From contig JBNRMN010000090.1 of the NCBI GenBank assembly GCA_050309605.1, positions 1 through 64,000 on the forward strand: DNA of 64,000 bases, read 5' to 3'. The translations under genes and the position numbers were made by a program. The stretch comes from Anaerohalosphaeraceae bacterium (lineage in GTDB: Bacteria > Planctomycetota > Phycisphaerae > Sedimentisphaerales > Anaerohalosphaeraceae). The notes below the pieces were generated by a model, which saw only the letters and a program-made list of their open reading frames with translations, had not been told where the DNA came from and did not search any database. This document shows, piece after piece, positions 28,298 to 38,503 of this stretch; positions within the stretch are counted from its first letter, which is position 1, and each line of letters begins with the position of its first letter.

Positions 28298-28957
28298 ATG
28301 GATCGCAGGACATTTGTCAACACGACACTGGCCGCCGGGGCAATGGCGGCGGGTTTGACCTCGACGGTCAAGGCCCAATCGAACGAACCGGTCAAGATTC
28401 TGGGGGTGGCGTGCAGCCCGCGCAAAGGGATGACGACCGCCGGCGGCATTCATGCCGCCCTGGACGGCGCCCGGGCCTTCAGCGACCGAATCAAGGTCGA
28501 ATTTCTTGATCTGGGCGGACTGAAGTTTGCCGGCTGGACGGCGGACGGGACGTTTGATAAGGATGATTTTTCAGAGTTGGTATTGCCGAAGCTGACCGAT
28601 CCGATACCGGCAGGCTTGATCATCGGTTCGCCGGTGTATTTCCGCAATCTCAGTTCGTTGTGTATGGCGTTTCTGGAGCGGCTTGCGGCGGTGCGAAGCC
28701 CGCGGCTGCTGCTGGCCGATACGACAGTCGGCGTGCTGTCGGTCGGGGCCTATCGCAACGGCGGCCAGGAATTGGTCATCGCCCAGATTCAGGCGGCCAT
28801 GCTGTGCCATCGCGCCAGGCTTGTCGGCGGCCAGCCGGCCGCCTTTCAGGGGGCAACGCTCTGGAACAACTGGGACGATGACATCTCAAAAGACACCTTC
28901 GGACTGGAATCCGCCCGCAAACTCGGCGCCCGTGTGGCCGAAGAGGCACTGAAATAA
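28298..28957 (+). CDS. Flavodoxin-like FMN reductase paralogue with Tat signal
   Basis: MDRRTFV leader; CSPRKGMTT, IIGSPVYF, RNGGQE, GATLWNNW shared with the upstream paralogue. Confidence 0.8.
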   Translation: MDRRTFVNTTLAAGAMAAGLTSTVKAQSNEPVKILGVACSPRKGMTTAGGIHAALDGARAFSDRIKVEFLDLGGLKFAGWTADGTFDKDDFSELVLPKLTDPIPAGLIIGSPVYFRNLSSLCMAFLERLAAVRSPRLLLADTTVGVLSVGAYRNGGQELVIAQIQAAMLCHRARLVGGQPAAFQGATLWNNWDDDISKDTFGLESARKLGARVAEEALK

Positions 28958-29028
28958 AAAAAGATACAAACGACAAATAAAAATGAACCATTTTCTGATT
29001 TTGGGCTTGCTTTTTTTCTAATTATCTG

Positions 29029-29051
29029 TATATATGTACATATACGCATAT
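29029..29051. promoter_or_regulatory. Putative ArsR operator
   Basis: Palindrome ATATGTACATAT within TATATATGTACATATACGCATAT, directly upstream of the second arsR. Confidence 0.55.
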
Positions 29052-29069
29052 TTTGTCAACGTTCTTGTG

Positions 29070-29405
29070 ATGATGGACAAAGAAACAACAATATTAAAGG
29101 TTTTGGGTGAACCCAATCGGCTGCGGCTGGCCGTTTTACTGGCAGCCGAAGGTCATCTGTGCGTCTGCCAGTTGGCCGCGGCGGTGGATGAGCCGGAGTA
29201 CAAGGTCTCGCGGCACTTGGGGATTATGCGTGCGGCCGGACTGGTCACGGCACGGCGCGAGGGGACGTGGATGTATTATACGCTGGCCGAGCCGGGCTGT
29301 CCGCTCCAGTCGCATTTGATCGCGTTCCTGAAAACGGGCTTTAACAGCCATCCCACCGTTCAATCCGACCGCAAACTTCTCAAACAGATCAAATGCAAAA
29401 CATAA
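29070..29405 (+). CDS. arsR: ArsR family regulator
   Basis: PNRLRL, HLCVCQL, VSRHL, REGTWMYY; heads the arsC-arsC-acr3 unit. Confidence 0.9.
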   Translation: MMDKETTILKVLGEPNRLRLAVLLAAEGHLCVCQLAAAVDEPEYKVSRHLGIMRAAGLVTARREGTWMYYTLAEPGCPLQSHLIAFLKTGFNSHPTVQSDRKLLKQIKCKT

Positions 29406-29447
29406 GAGACCGGCGGTTTATTATCCATTCCCGTTTGGAGGCGAAAA

Positions 29448-29885
29448 ATGGCAAAAAAATTGAACGTCTTGTTTTTATGTACCGGAAACTCCTGCCGAAG
29501 TCAGATGGCCGAGGGCTGGTGCCGGCACCTCAAGGGCGATATCATCGATGCATACTCGGCGGGTATCGAGACACACGGTCTCAATCCCAATGCCGTGGCG
29601 GTCATGGCCGAGGCGGGGGTGGATATTTCAAAACAACACTCAAAACGTCTGGATCAAGTGAAACACATAGACTTTGATTACGTCGTGACCGTCTGCGCCC
29701 ACGCCAACGAAAACTGCCCGATGTTCCCCGGCAAGGCCAACGTTGTCCACGTCGGCTTTGACGACCCGCCGACCCTGGCCAAGGCCGCCCGGACCGAAGA
29801 AGAAGCTCTCGACATCTACCGCCGCGTACGCGATGAGATAAGGGCATTTGTCGCAGAGTTGCCGGAACAATTGAACCGACTGTGA
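29448..29885 (+). CDS. arsC: Thioredoxin-coupled arsenate reductase (LMWP family)
   Basis: CTGNSCRSQMAE, VTVC...CP, FDDP. Confidence 0.93.
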   Translation: MAKKLNVLFLCTGNSCRSQMAEGWCRHLKGDIIDAYSAGIETHGLNPNAVAVMAEAGVDISKQHSKRLDQVKHIDFDYVVTVCAHANENCPMFPGKANVVHVGFDDPPTLAKAARTEEEALDIYRRVRDEIRAFVAELPEQLNRL

Positions 29886-29899
29886 AAGCGAGGTAAACC

Positions 29900-30337
29900 A
29901 TGAAGAAGAAAAAACGAATCCTGTTTTTCTGTAAACATAACTCCTGTCGCAGTCAGATGGCCGAGGCCCTCCTGAAACATCAGGCAGGCAATCGATTTGA
30001 GGTTTTCAGTGCGGGGCTGTCGCCTCGTCTGATCCATCCACTTGTCTATACGGTGATGGATGAGGTAGGCATTGACATTCGAAAACAGACCCCCAAGAGC
30101 ATCGATCTGTACCTCGGCCGCGAACCGCTTGATGAAATCATTATCGTCTGTCAGGAATCCGAGGCGGAATGTCCCCGGCTGTACCCGTTCGCCCTGCACG
30201 TCGAACGCTGGCCGCTGCCCGATCCGACCGCCAAAGAGGGAACGCCCGAAGCAATCCTTGACGCCTTTCGCAAAACCCGCGACCACATCGAAGACAAAAT
30301 TGAAATCTGGCTGATGCAGCACAAGGAGACATTGTGA
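29900..30337 (+). CDS. arsC: Second arsenate reductase (LMWP family)
   Basis: CKHNSCRSQMAE, IVC...CP, LPDP. Confidence 0.88.
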   Translation: MKKKKRILFFCKHNSCRSQMAEALLKHQAGNRFEVFSAGLSPRLIHPLVYTVMDEVGIDIRKQTPKSIDLYLGREPLDEIIIVCQESEAECPRLYPFALHVERWPLPDPTAKEGTPEAILDAFRKTRDHIEDKIEIWLMQHKETL

Positions 30338-30543
30338 TGGATGAGAAAATGAAAGAACTGATCGCACTGGGCGCCTCGGTGGCGTGCAACTGCCACCCGT
30401 GCGTTAAATTTCACACCGACAAGGCACGGAAGATGGGCATTGCCGGTGCCGAAATCAAGATGGCCTTCGAAGTCGGCAAAATGGTCCGCCAAGGCGCTGC
30501 CGCCCAGATGGACAATGTGCTTAACAATTTACCTCAAGAATAA
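30334..30543 (+). CDS. CMD/AhpD-like protein
   Basis: KELIALGASVACNCHPC..FH. Confidence 0.82.
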   Translation: MMDEKMKELIALGASVACNCHPCVKFHTDKARKMGIAGAEIKMAFEVGKMVRQGAAAQMDNVLNNLPQE

Positions 30544-30556
30544 GGAATAAGGTTAT

Positions 30557-31654
30557 ATGGTTGAAAAACTGGAAACATCAAAGCTGAATATCTTTGAACG
30601 CTATCTGACCATCTGGGTCGCCCTGTGCATCATCGGCGGGATCGTGCTGGGTAAGATCGCCCCGGGCGTGGCCGAGGCACTGGACGGCATGGCGATTTAT
30701 GTTGACGGCGCGCCGGTGGTCTCGATTCCGATTGCCATTGCGCTGTTTTTTATGATGTACCCGATCATGGTCAAGATCGACTTTGCCGAGGTCGTCAAAG
30801 CGGGCAAAAGCCCCAAGCCCGTCGGCCTGACGCTGTTTGTCAACTGGTGCGTCAAGCCGTTTACGATGTTTGCCATCGCGTGGTTTTTTCTCGGCGTGGT
30901 CTTTCGCGGATTGATCCCCGGCACAGAGATCGTCAAAGACGGCACGGAGGTTGAGCTGTATCGTTCCTATATTTCCGGAGCCATCCTACTGGGCATCGCC
31001 CCCTGTACGGCCATGGTGCTGATGTGGGGCTATCTGGCCCGGGGCAATCAAGGCCATACGCTGGTCATGGTTGCGATTAACTCGCTGACCATGCTTGTCC
31101 TGTACGGCCTGCTGGGCGGCTGGCTGCTGGGCGTCAACCAAATGCCTGTGCCTTGGCAGGCGCTGCTTTTGTCGATCGGCATCTATGTCGCGCTGCCGCT
31201 GGCGGCCGGCTACTTGTCGCGCAAGTGGATCATCACCCACAAGGGGCTGGACTGGTTTCAGGCCAAGTTTCTCCACATCCTGACGCCGGTATCCATCATC
31301 GCCCTGTTGGGAACCCTGGTGCTGCTGTTTTCGTTCAAGGGCGAGACGATTTTAAACAATCCGCTGACGATTCTTTGGATTGCCATCCCCCTGTTCATCC
31401 AGACGGTGCTTATTTTTGCGATTACGTATGCCTTGGCCAGACTGTTGAAGTTCAGTTACGAAGACGCCGCTCCAACGGCTATGATCGGCGCATCCAATCA
31501 TTTCGAAGTCGCTATCGCCACAGCCACGATGCTGTTCGGTCTGTCCTCCGGTGCGGCCCTGGCCACCGTCGTCGGCGTTTTGATCGAAGTACCGGTGATG
31601 CTGATGCTGGTCAAGCTCTGCCTTCGCACCAAAGGCTGGTTTAACGTCCCATAA
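30557..31654 (+). CDS. acr3: Acr3 arsenite efflux transporter
   Basis: [38 protein letters not shown]. Confidence 0.95.
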   Translation: MVEKLETSKLNIFERYLTIWVALCIIGGIVLGKIAPGVAEALDGMAIYVDGAPVVSIPIAIALFFMMYPIMVKIDFAEVVKAGKSPKPVGLTLFVNWCVKPFTMFAIAWFFLGVVFRGLIPGTEIVKDGTEVELYRSYISGAILLGIAPCTAMVLMWGYLARGNQGHTLVMVAINSLTMLVLYGLLGGWLLGVNQMPVPWQALLLSIGIYVALPLAAGYLSRKWIITHKGLDWFQAKFLHILTPVSIIALLGTLVLLFSFKGETILNNPLTILWIAIPLFIQTVLIFAITYALARLLKFSYEDAAPTAMIGASNHFEVAIATATMLFGLSSGAALATVVGVLIEVPVMLMLVKLCLRTKGWFNVP

Positions 31655-31770
31655 AAGCGAATCATCGGCGATTAAAATGGGCCGTAAACAAGTTTCGATA
31701 GACGACGTCTTTTGTATGGCTCCCTCTTGTGCCAAGGCCATAAAAACAGAACCAGACAGAGAAAAAGGAT

Positions 31771-31807
31771 AAAAAACCCCGTTGAAGGGGTCAAAAACGG
31801 GGTTTTT
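31771..31807. terminator. Probable bidirectional intrinsic terminator between acr3 and tRNA-Ser
   Basis: AAAAACCCCGTT...AACGGGGTTTTT inverted repeat. Confidence 0.7.
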
Positions 31808-31823
31808 GGCCGAAAAAGGCCAA

Positions 31824-31908
31824 CGGAGGAGGAGGGATTCGAACCCCCGGTGGGTTGCCCCACAACGGTTTTCAAGACCGTCACCTTAAGCCACTCGGTC
31901 ACTCCTCC
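31824..31908 (-). tRNA. tRNA-Ser(TGA)
   Basis: Minus strand GGAGGAG...CTCCTCC-G; anticodon arm ACGGT-CTTGAAA-ACCGT; long variable arm; GGTTCGAATCC. Confidence 0.95.
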
Positions 31909-32187
31909 AAGTCTTTTTTGATAAACGACTTAGACATTAACTACGGCGGCCGCCGTCATCCGTGCCCCTCGTCGTTATCTATCGGCTGCCAAAGCTTGAA
32001 CGTCCACTGACTCTACCTAAAACACGACACGATTGCAAGAAATTTCAGGGAAATCTATCCGGGGGCTTGCTTTCTTTCTTCGGACTTGACAGCACCGGTA
32101 CGGCCTTTGGCTTGACCTGGCGGGCGGATTGCGATACAGTACGTCCCGAACAAGACACGGTGACGAAAAACGCAAGGAATAATCGCA

Positions 32188-32811
32188 ATGGCACACGACG
32201 AACAGGTATTGGTGGTCCGGCGGGAGGCGCTGGAACAGACGGGCATGTTTCAGGGGCTGGCGTTTGATGTGACAGCTCGGCTGGAGCGGCTGTTTGCCCC
32301 CGGCACGGCGCGGTTTATGCCCCGCGACCGGGCCGAGCAGGACCCGAACTTCAAGCAGCTCATCCCTTATGTCATCCTGCGCTGCGGCGACCGCACCCTC
32401 AGCTATGTCCGCGGCAAACGCGCCGGCGAGACGCGGCTGGTCGGCAACCGCTCCATCGGCATCGGCGGGCACATCAACCCGATTGACGAGATGGCCCTGT
32501 TCGGCGATCTGCGCGAGACCTATCTAAACGCCGTCCAGCGTGAGGTCGATGAAGAGATCCACGTTAAAACCAATTACAGCGACCGCATCGCGGCCCTGAT
32601 TAATGACGACTCCAACGATGTCGGTTCGGTGCATTTGGGCGTGGTGCATATCTGGACACTGGACAGCGACCAGATCGAAAAACGCGAACAGATGATTACC
32701 CAGATGGGCTTTATGACCACCGACGAACTGCTGGCCGTGCGGGACACAATGGAAACCTGGTCGCAACTGTGTCTGGACGGACTGATCGCAGCGGCAGGAC
32801 GACAACAATGA
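32188..32811 (+). CDS. Predicted NUDIX-family phosphoesterase
   Basis: KQLIPY, SIGIGGHIN, REVDEE, VGSVHLG, METWS. Confidence 0.8.
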   Translation: MAHDEQVLVVRREALEQTGMFQGLAFDVTARLERLFAPGTARFMPRDRAEQDPNFKQLIPYVILRCGDRTLSYVRGKRAGETRLVGNRSIGIGGHINPIDEMALFGDLRETYLNAVQREVDEEIHVKTNYSDRIAALINDDSNDVGSVHLGVVHIWTLDSDQIEKREQMITQMGFMTTDELLAVRDTMETWSQLCLDGLIAAAGRQQ

Positions 32812-33917
32812 CGCAGATGATTTTTTCGGCGATGATGCTGCCGGTCGCGGCACTGGCGGTCTGTGCGGTGCTGACTGCGATGGTGCGGCGTCAGGCGGTG
32901 CGGCGGTCATTCGTCGCCCGACCGCAGCAGGATCGTTATCATCGGTCGATCATCGCGCTGGGCGGGGGAATCGCGATTTTCTGGACGCTGGCGGCCTTTC
33001 TGCTCGGCGGGGCGGTCGTCGTTCGCTTTGGTCTGGCCCCGGGACACCTGGACGGGTGGCTCTCGCCGAAGCTGCTGGTGCATACCGAAGGATTTCTGGA
33101 GAAACTGCCGGATTTGATGGTGGTTCTGGCCGCGGCCCTGGTGCTGCATCTGCTGGGATTGTGGGACGACCAAAAACACCTCGGCCCGTATGTCAAACTG
33201 GCGGTGCAGTTTGCCGCCGCAGCCATCGCGGCGATCTGGGCCGATGTGCGCGTGGAGATGTTTATCGAAAACAAGGTTATCACGACGATCCTGTCGGTCT
33301 TCTGGATCGTCCTGATCATCAATGTGTTTAATTTTCTGGACAATATGGACGGCCTCAGCGCCGGCATTGCCGCCATCGCCGCGGCAGTGCTGATGGCGGC
33401 GGCCTTTCGCAGCGGACAGGTCTTTGTCGGCGCGATGGGATTGGTCTTTCTGGGGACCTTGGCGGGTTTTCTGGTGTTCAACTTTCCGCCGGCGACTATC
33501 TTTATGGGCGACGCCGGCTCGATGGTGGTGGGCTTTTTCGTGGGGCTGCTGACGCTGCGCACCACGTATTATAATCCGCAGATCGGCACACCGCTGTATT
33601 CGGTCTTTATGCCGGCGGTGGTGATGGCCGTGCCGCTGTATGATTTTGTGACGGTCACCTTTTTGCGGCTTCGGCAGGGCAAAAGCCCGTTTGTCGGCGA
33701 CACCCAGCATTTTTCGCATCGGCTCCAGCGCCGCGGCCTGTCCGACCGGCAGGTTGCGCTGACGCTGTATCTGGCAACGCTGTGCACCGGCCTGGGCGGC
33801 ATTATTCTTCAGCAGGTCAGTCCGGTCGGCGCGGTACTGGTGTTTACCCAAACGATATTGATACTGGTCATTGTCGGCATTCTTGAGGCCACATCAAACA
33901 ACGGACGAAGTCATTGA
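32808..33917 (+). CDS. WecA/TagO-like polyprenyl-phosphate GlcNAc-1-P transferase (MraY family)
   Basis: GLWDD, NFLDNMDGL, FMGDAGS, HFSHRL. Confidence 0.9.
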   Translation: MTQMIFSAMMLPVAALAVCAVLTAMVRRQAVRRSFVARPQQDRYHRSIIALGGGIAIFWTLAAFLLGGAVVVRFGLAPGHLDGWLSPKLLVHTEGFLEKLPDLMVVLAAALVLHLLGLWDDQKHLGPYVKLAVQFAAAAIAAIWADVRVEMFIENKVITTILSVFWIVLIINVFNFLDNMDGLSAGIAAIAAAVLMAAAFRSGQVFVGAMGLVFLGTLAGFLVFNFPPATIFMGDAGSMVVGFFVGLLTLRTTYYNPQIGTPLYSVFMPAVVMAVPLYDFVTVTFLRLRQGKSPFVGDTQHFSHRLQRRGLSDRQVALTLYLATLCTGLGGIILQQVSPVGAVLVFTQTILILVIVGILEATSNNGRSH

Positions 33918-36322
33918 AAGTTCAAAACATCGGCCATCTGCAAAAGAAAGCGGCGCAGAACACCCAGCCGCTCTGGCTTCGGGTTTTCGAGCAGGCGCTG
34001 CTGGCGTTGGTCCTGGCCGCGGCGGTGCTGCGAGTAACGGTAATCGAAACGCCGCATGTCGAGCCGACGGCTCGAACGAGCGCACTGAGCAATGAAGCCA
34101 TCAGCCTGCTGATGTCCTCTGTGTTCTGGGGGGCGGCGGTCCTGTGGGTGATGCTCAGTGCGAGTGCCGGCCGCCTGCGGTGGCGGCGCACGTCGATCAC
34201 CGGAGCCGTCGCCCTGTTTGGCATCGTGGGTTTGGCTGGCGTCGCGTTTGCGTCCGACAAGCGGGCAGCGCTGACCGACTGGGCGGTGATGTTGTCCGGA
34301 CCGGCAGCCGGACTGCTGGCAATGCAGCTTTTCAGCCGTCGGGAAACAGTCCGGCTGTTTTTGTGGCTGCTGCTGGCGGTCGGGGCGGCATCAACCTATG
34401 CCTGTTATGATAAAATGACCTCCTCTCATGAGATGCTCATCCGCGAATACGAACGCAACCTCGACGCGTTTCTTGAGACTCTCGGCATCGAGCCGGATAG
34501 CCTGTCTCATTGGCAGTACGAACATCGTCTGTATTCGCGCGACGTGTCGGGATTTTTGACGACGAGCAACTCGACCGGCTCGTTTTTGCTGCTGGCGGTG
34601 TTTTCGGGGCTGGGGCTGTGCATTGAGACCTGGCGAGCCATGCGCCGCAAAAAGCATGATGACCGCCGCCGTCGCGAAGAAGCGCTGGTCGCCTTGGTCT
34701 GTACAGCCGCGGCAACGGCGCTGTCGCTGGTCGGGCTGATGATGACCCAAAGCAAAGGGGCGATTGGCGCGTTCATCATATTCGTCCCCGCCTTGCCGGC
34801 GTGTCTGCTGTTCCGCAAGACGCTTTGGACATACCGTCGCGTGCTGGCGATCGGCCTGGTCGTGTTGGGCCTTTTGGCCGCGGCGGCAATGATTCTCTAC
34901 GGCATACGGCATGGCCGACTGCCCGGGGGCAACTCCATGCTGGTACGCTGGCAGTATTGGGTGGCCTCGGTTGAGATGGCCAAAGAATCGCCCCTGCTCG
35001 GTGTCGGCGGAGGCAACTATGCAGCCTCTTATATGACCCACAAAGACCCGGCCGCACCGGAAACCATCGGCGATCCGCACAACTGGGTTCTGTCACTGTT
35101 GTGTCGATACGGTCTGATCGGGCTGGCAGCGATGGGCTGTGCGCTGCTGCGTCCGGTTATGAAACTCTTTGCCGCCGGTCTGGGTTTCGACCCAACAGAA
35201 GCCGCCGGCCAAACACTCCGAAACAGCGGCCCCGAAACGATTCGCAGCAAAAAACATTGGACAGAACGCGGCGAGTGGCTGATGTGGCTGGCGGCAACGA
35301 TGGCGGTGATGGTCATCATACGTCCCGTATTGCTGGAGCTGAACACCGCACACGCCTCGGCGGCGGAATGGTCGGCGGCGTTTTTGCTGCTGGTGCTGGT
35401 TCCTGTCGGGATTATTGCGCTGGTGGTCGGTCTGCTTCGGTTTGCCTGCGCCGCAGACCATTCGATTCATCAGCCCGCGACCGCGCTTGTGTCGGCCATT
35501 GCCTGCGGACTGGCAGCGGTTCTGCTGCATAATCTGGTGGATTTTGCCCTGTTCGAGCCGGGTGTCTGGACGATGTTCTGGCTGACCGCTGCTGCCGGTT
35601 GCGCACTGTATCACACACACACCAACGGCAACACCCTGCGAATCTATCCGTTGGCCGGGCGACTGCGTCGCGGCGTCGCCCTGCTGGGTCCGGCGGCGCT
35701 GTTTTCGGCGTTCGTGTGGCAGGTCGTCGCGCCGCCGATTCAGCGGGACACACTGACCTTCGAAGCAGCGCGTGCGTTCACTGCCGAGCAGGCCCAGTCC
35801 CATCTCCATCAAGCCGTCGCCGCCGATCCCTTGTCGCCGCAGGCCGCCCGACTCGGAGCACGCCTGCTGCTGCACCGATCAACGCAGCGGTTTATTTCGA
35901 ATCAAGAACAAATGCTGCACGCCGCACAGCGTTTGGCCGAGACGGCCATCGCCCGCAACCCCGCCGATGCCCGTCCGCGTCAACTGCTGGCCGACATCCT
36001 GTTGGCCGCAGCCGAACAGACCGACGAAGAGGCCGAAAAAACAGCCCGCAAACAGCGGGCCTTTCAGGCCTTTCAAGACGCCCTTGAGCGGTATCCCGGA
36101 TCGGATGTGCTGAATTACCAATTGGGCGTGCTGGCCGAGGAACTGGGGCGTCCCGAACAGGCCGTCAGTTATCTCGAAACCGCGCTGGACATTGAACAGC
36201 GTTATCGCCAACAATTTCAAATAATGTACCCCGATCAGCCGGAGATCATCAGCCGTTTGGGACCCTGCCGATACGAGGATCTGCTCGAGCGGCTCAACCG
36301 GCTGCGCAGCGACCGCCCATGA
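33914..36322 (+). CDS. O-antigen ligase family membrane protein with C-terminal TPR
   Basis: Multiple TMs; TQSKGA, GVGGGNY, DPHN; TPR-like tail; TTG start. Confidence 0.8.
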   Translation: MKVQNIGHLQKKAAQNTQPLWLRVFEQALLALVLAAAVLRVTVIETPHVEPTARTSALSNEAISLLMSSVFWGAAVLWVMLSASAGRLRWRRTSITGAVALFGIVGLAGVAFASDKRAALTDWAVMLSGPAAGLLAMQLFSRRETVRLFLWLLLAVGAASTYACYDKMTSSHEMLIREYERNLDAFLETLGIEPDSLSHWQYEHRLYSRDVSGFLTTSNSTGSFLLLAVFSGLGLCIETWRAMRRKKHDDRRRREEALVALVCTAAATALSLVGLMMTQSKGAIGAFIIFVPALPACLLFRKTLWTYRRVLAIGLVVLGLLAAAAMILYGIRHGRLPGGNSMLVRWQYWVASVEMAKESPLLGVGGGNYAASYMTHKDPAAPETIGDPHNWVLSLLCRYGLIGLAAMGCALLRPVMKLFAAGLGFDPTEAAGQTLRNSGPETIRSKKHWTERGEWLMWLAATMAVMVIIRPVLLELNTAHASAAEWSAAFLLLVLVPVGIIALVVGLLRFACAADHSIHQPATALVSAIACGLAAVLLHNLVDFALFEPGVWTMFWLTAAAGCALYHTHTNGNTLRIYPLAGRLRRGVALLGPAALFSAFVWQVVAPPIQRDTLTFEAARAFTAEQAQSHLHQAVAADPLSPQAARLGARLLLHRSTQRFISNQEQMLHAAQRLAETAIARNPADARPRQLLADILLAAAEQTDEEAEKTARKQRAFQAFQDALERYPGSDVLNYQLGVLAEELGRPEQAVSYLETALDIEQRYRQQFQIMYPDQPEIISRLGPCRYEDLLERLNRLRSDRP

Positions 36323-37407
36323 CAGAGACCTGCCGCACACAAACGATTCAAAAGCGTCTGCTGAAATGGTTTGATATTCACGCGCGGACACTGCCGTTTC
36401 GCGGCGTGCGGGATCCGTATGCAATCTGGATCAGTGAAATCATGCTCCAGCAAACCCAGGTAACCACCGTCGTGCCGTATTACCAACGGTTTATGAAGCG
36501 CTTGCCCACGGTGCAGGCACTGGCTTCGGCGCGGCTTGATACGGTCCTGAAGCTGTGGCAGGGACTGGGCTATTACAGTCGCGCCCGCAATCTGCACAAG
36601 GCCGCCGGCCTGATCGTCAGCCGACATGACGGCACGTTTCCCGATACCCTTGAAGCCCTGACGGCGCTGCCGGGCATTGGCCGCTACACCGCCGGCGCCA
36701 TTGCAAGCATCGCCTTTGGTCGGCGCGTACCGGTGCTGGACGGCAACGTGATGCGCGTCTTGTGTCGGCTGGATCGGCTGCCGGACAATCCCAAAACCGC
36801 CGCCGTCCAAAAACACCTTTGGCATCTGGCCGAAACACTCGTGCCCCAACGCCGTCCCGGCGATTTTAATCAGGCACTGATGGAACTGGGGGCCACTGTC
36901 TGTGCTCCAAAATCTCCCGATTGTGCGGCCTGTCCGCTTCAGTCGCTGTGTTCGGCATACGCCCACGATGAACAGGATGTCCTGCCGCGTATGCCCAAAG
37001 CCGCCGCGACGCCGCATTATACCGTCGCAGTCGGACTGGTCATCAAAGACGGCAAGCTGCTGATTGACAAACGCAAACCCGACGGGATGCTCGGCGGACT
37101 CTGGGAACTGCCCGGCGGCAAAAAACGAAAAAACGAAACGCTCAAACACACCGTCGCACGCGAGATTAAAGAAGAAACCGGAATCGAGGTCGTCGTCGGC
37201 AAACGGCTGTGCATCGTGCGCCATGCGTATTCACACTTTCGCATTACGCTGCACGCCTACCCTTGCGACTGGGCCGGCGGCACGGCCAGACCGATCCACT
37301 GCACCGCGGTCAAATGGGTCGCACCGAAGGACTTAAATAAATACGCCTTTCCCGCCGCAACGGTTAAGATATTCAAATCCATCGGTCTCGACGTCAAACA
37401 GCCTTAA
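36319..37407 (+). CDS. mutY: A/G-specific adenine glycosylase
   Basis: WISEIMLQQT, WQGLGYYSRARNL, LPGIGRYTA, C-x6-C-x2-C-x5-C, NUDIX-like C-terminus. Confidence 0.96.
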   Translation: MTETCRTQTIQKRLLKWFDIHARTLPFRGVRDPYAIWISEIMLQQTQVTTVVPYYQRFMKRLPTVQALASARLDTVLKLWQGLGYYSRARNLHKAAGLIVSRHDGTFPDTLEALTALPGIGRYTAGAIASIAFGRRVPVLDGNVMRVLCRLDRLPDNPKTAAVQKHLWHLAETLVPQRRPGDFNQALMELGATVCAPKSPDCAACPLQSLCSAYAHDEQDVLPRMPKAAATPHYTVAVGLVIKDGKLLIDKRKPDGMLGGLWELPGGKKRKNETLKHTVAREIKEETGIEVVVGKRLCIVRHAYSHFRITLHAYPCDWAGGTARPIHCTAVKWVAPKDLNKYAFPAATVKIFKSIGLDVKQP

Positions 37408-37453
37408 GCCGAATCACGGCCTATTGGCATAGCAGGGCGGCGGCGGTGGATAC

Positions 37454-38383
37454 CTATCGGCTCCAGACCAGGTCAAGCTGTTCTTTGATGTATGCCAGCG
37501 CGGGGGCCAACTCCTCATCAAAGTTCTCCCAGCGGCATTCAAACGAAATCCCGCCGGTGTAGCCGATCTGCCGCAGGGCGTCAAAATACGGCGCAAAATC
37601 ATACGGCGCCACACCCGGTCGGGTACGGCCTTCCTTCTCGGCCAAATGCACGTGTGCCAGCAGGGGGCCGGCGTCAAGAATGGATTGAGGCCCTTCGTCC
37701 TCCAGCGCCATATGATAAATATCCGCCAGCACGCGAATGTTGGGGTGGTTGACCTGCCGCACAATCTCGGTGCCCTGTTTGACGGTGTTAATGAGATTGC
37801 ACTCGCTTTGATTCAGCGGCTCAATGGCAACGATGATATTGTACACAGCGGCAATCGGCCCCATATCCTTCAGCAGCTCAACGAATTGTTCCAGTGCCTC
37901 GTCGCGACTGAAACCGTCGGGCACACGCCGGGCGCGGCCGCTGCCGAATACAATGATTTCGCTGCCGACCTGGCCGGCCCGGTCAAACGCCGTCCGCGCA
38001 TAGGCCAAAACCGCTTCATGGTCAGCCTCCGGACCGACACATTTCAGATCGCCCGGTAAAAATCCCGCGTATGCATACACCGGCAATGAAGCGGACAAGG
38101 CATTGACCAAATTGGCGCCAAATTTGTCCGTCGGCTCCAGCGGCACAAGAAGCCGCTGAACACCTTCTTCGACATAATCGTAACCGGCCGCTTTCAGTTT
38201 GTCTGCGTTATTGACCGACGTGCAAACGCCGATTGGCGGTTGCGGGACATCCCGATACGAGGTCGAGGGCGCCGAGTCCGGAGCAGGAGCCTTCTCACAT
38301 CCCATGATCGACAAGCCGACCAGCAACGATACCGCACAGAAAAAGAGTGTCCGATAAAAACGCACAGACTTGTGATTTCCCAT
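37454..38383 (-). CDS. Sugar phosphate isomerase/epimerase (xylose isomerase-like TIM barrel), lipoprotein-like leader
   Basis: IMGC lipobox; IEPLN, DIYHM, HVHLAE, SFEC. Confidence 0.85.
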   Translation of the reverse strand: MGNHKSVRFYRTLFFCAVSLLVGLSIMGCEKAPAPDSAPSTSYRDVPQPPIGVCTSVNNADKLKAAGYDYVEEGVQRLLVPLEPTDKFGANLVNALSASLPVYAYAGFLPGDLKCVGPEADHEAVLAYARTAFDRAGQVGSEIIVFGSGRARRVPDGFSRDEALEQFVELLKDMGPIAAVYNIIVAIEPLNQSECNLINTVKQGTEIVRQVNHPNIRVLADIYHMALEDEGPQSILDAGPLLAHVHLAEKEGRTRPGVAPYDFAPYFDALRQIGYTGGISFECRWENFDEELAPALAYIKEQLDLVWSR

Positions 38384-38503
38384 AACAAATATCTCCTTTC
38401 GCACGACTACAGAAGCTGTTTTTCTGAAACTTAACACGCCGTGAGATATTTGTCCAGCACCGTTTTTGAATAAAAATATGAAAGTTTTCCCGATCCCTGC
38501 GAT

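Noticed and set aside
23674..31654. Selenocysteine read-through in the redox genes
   Set aside because: Active-site motifs use Cys codons, and the TGA codons fall at expected protein ends.
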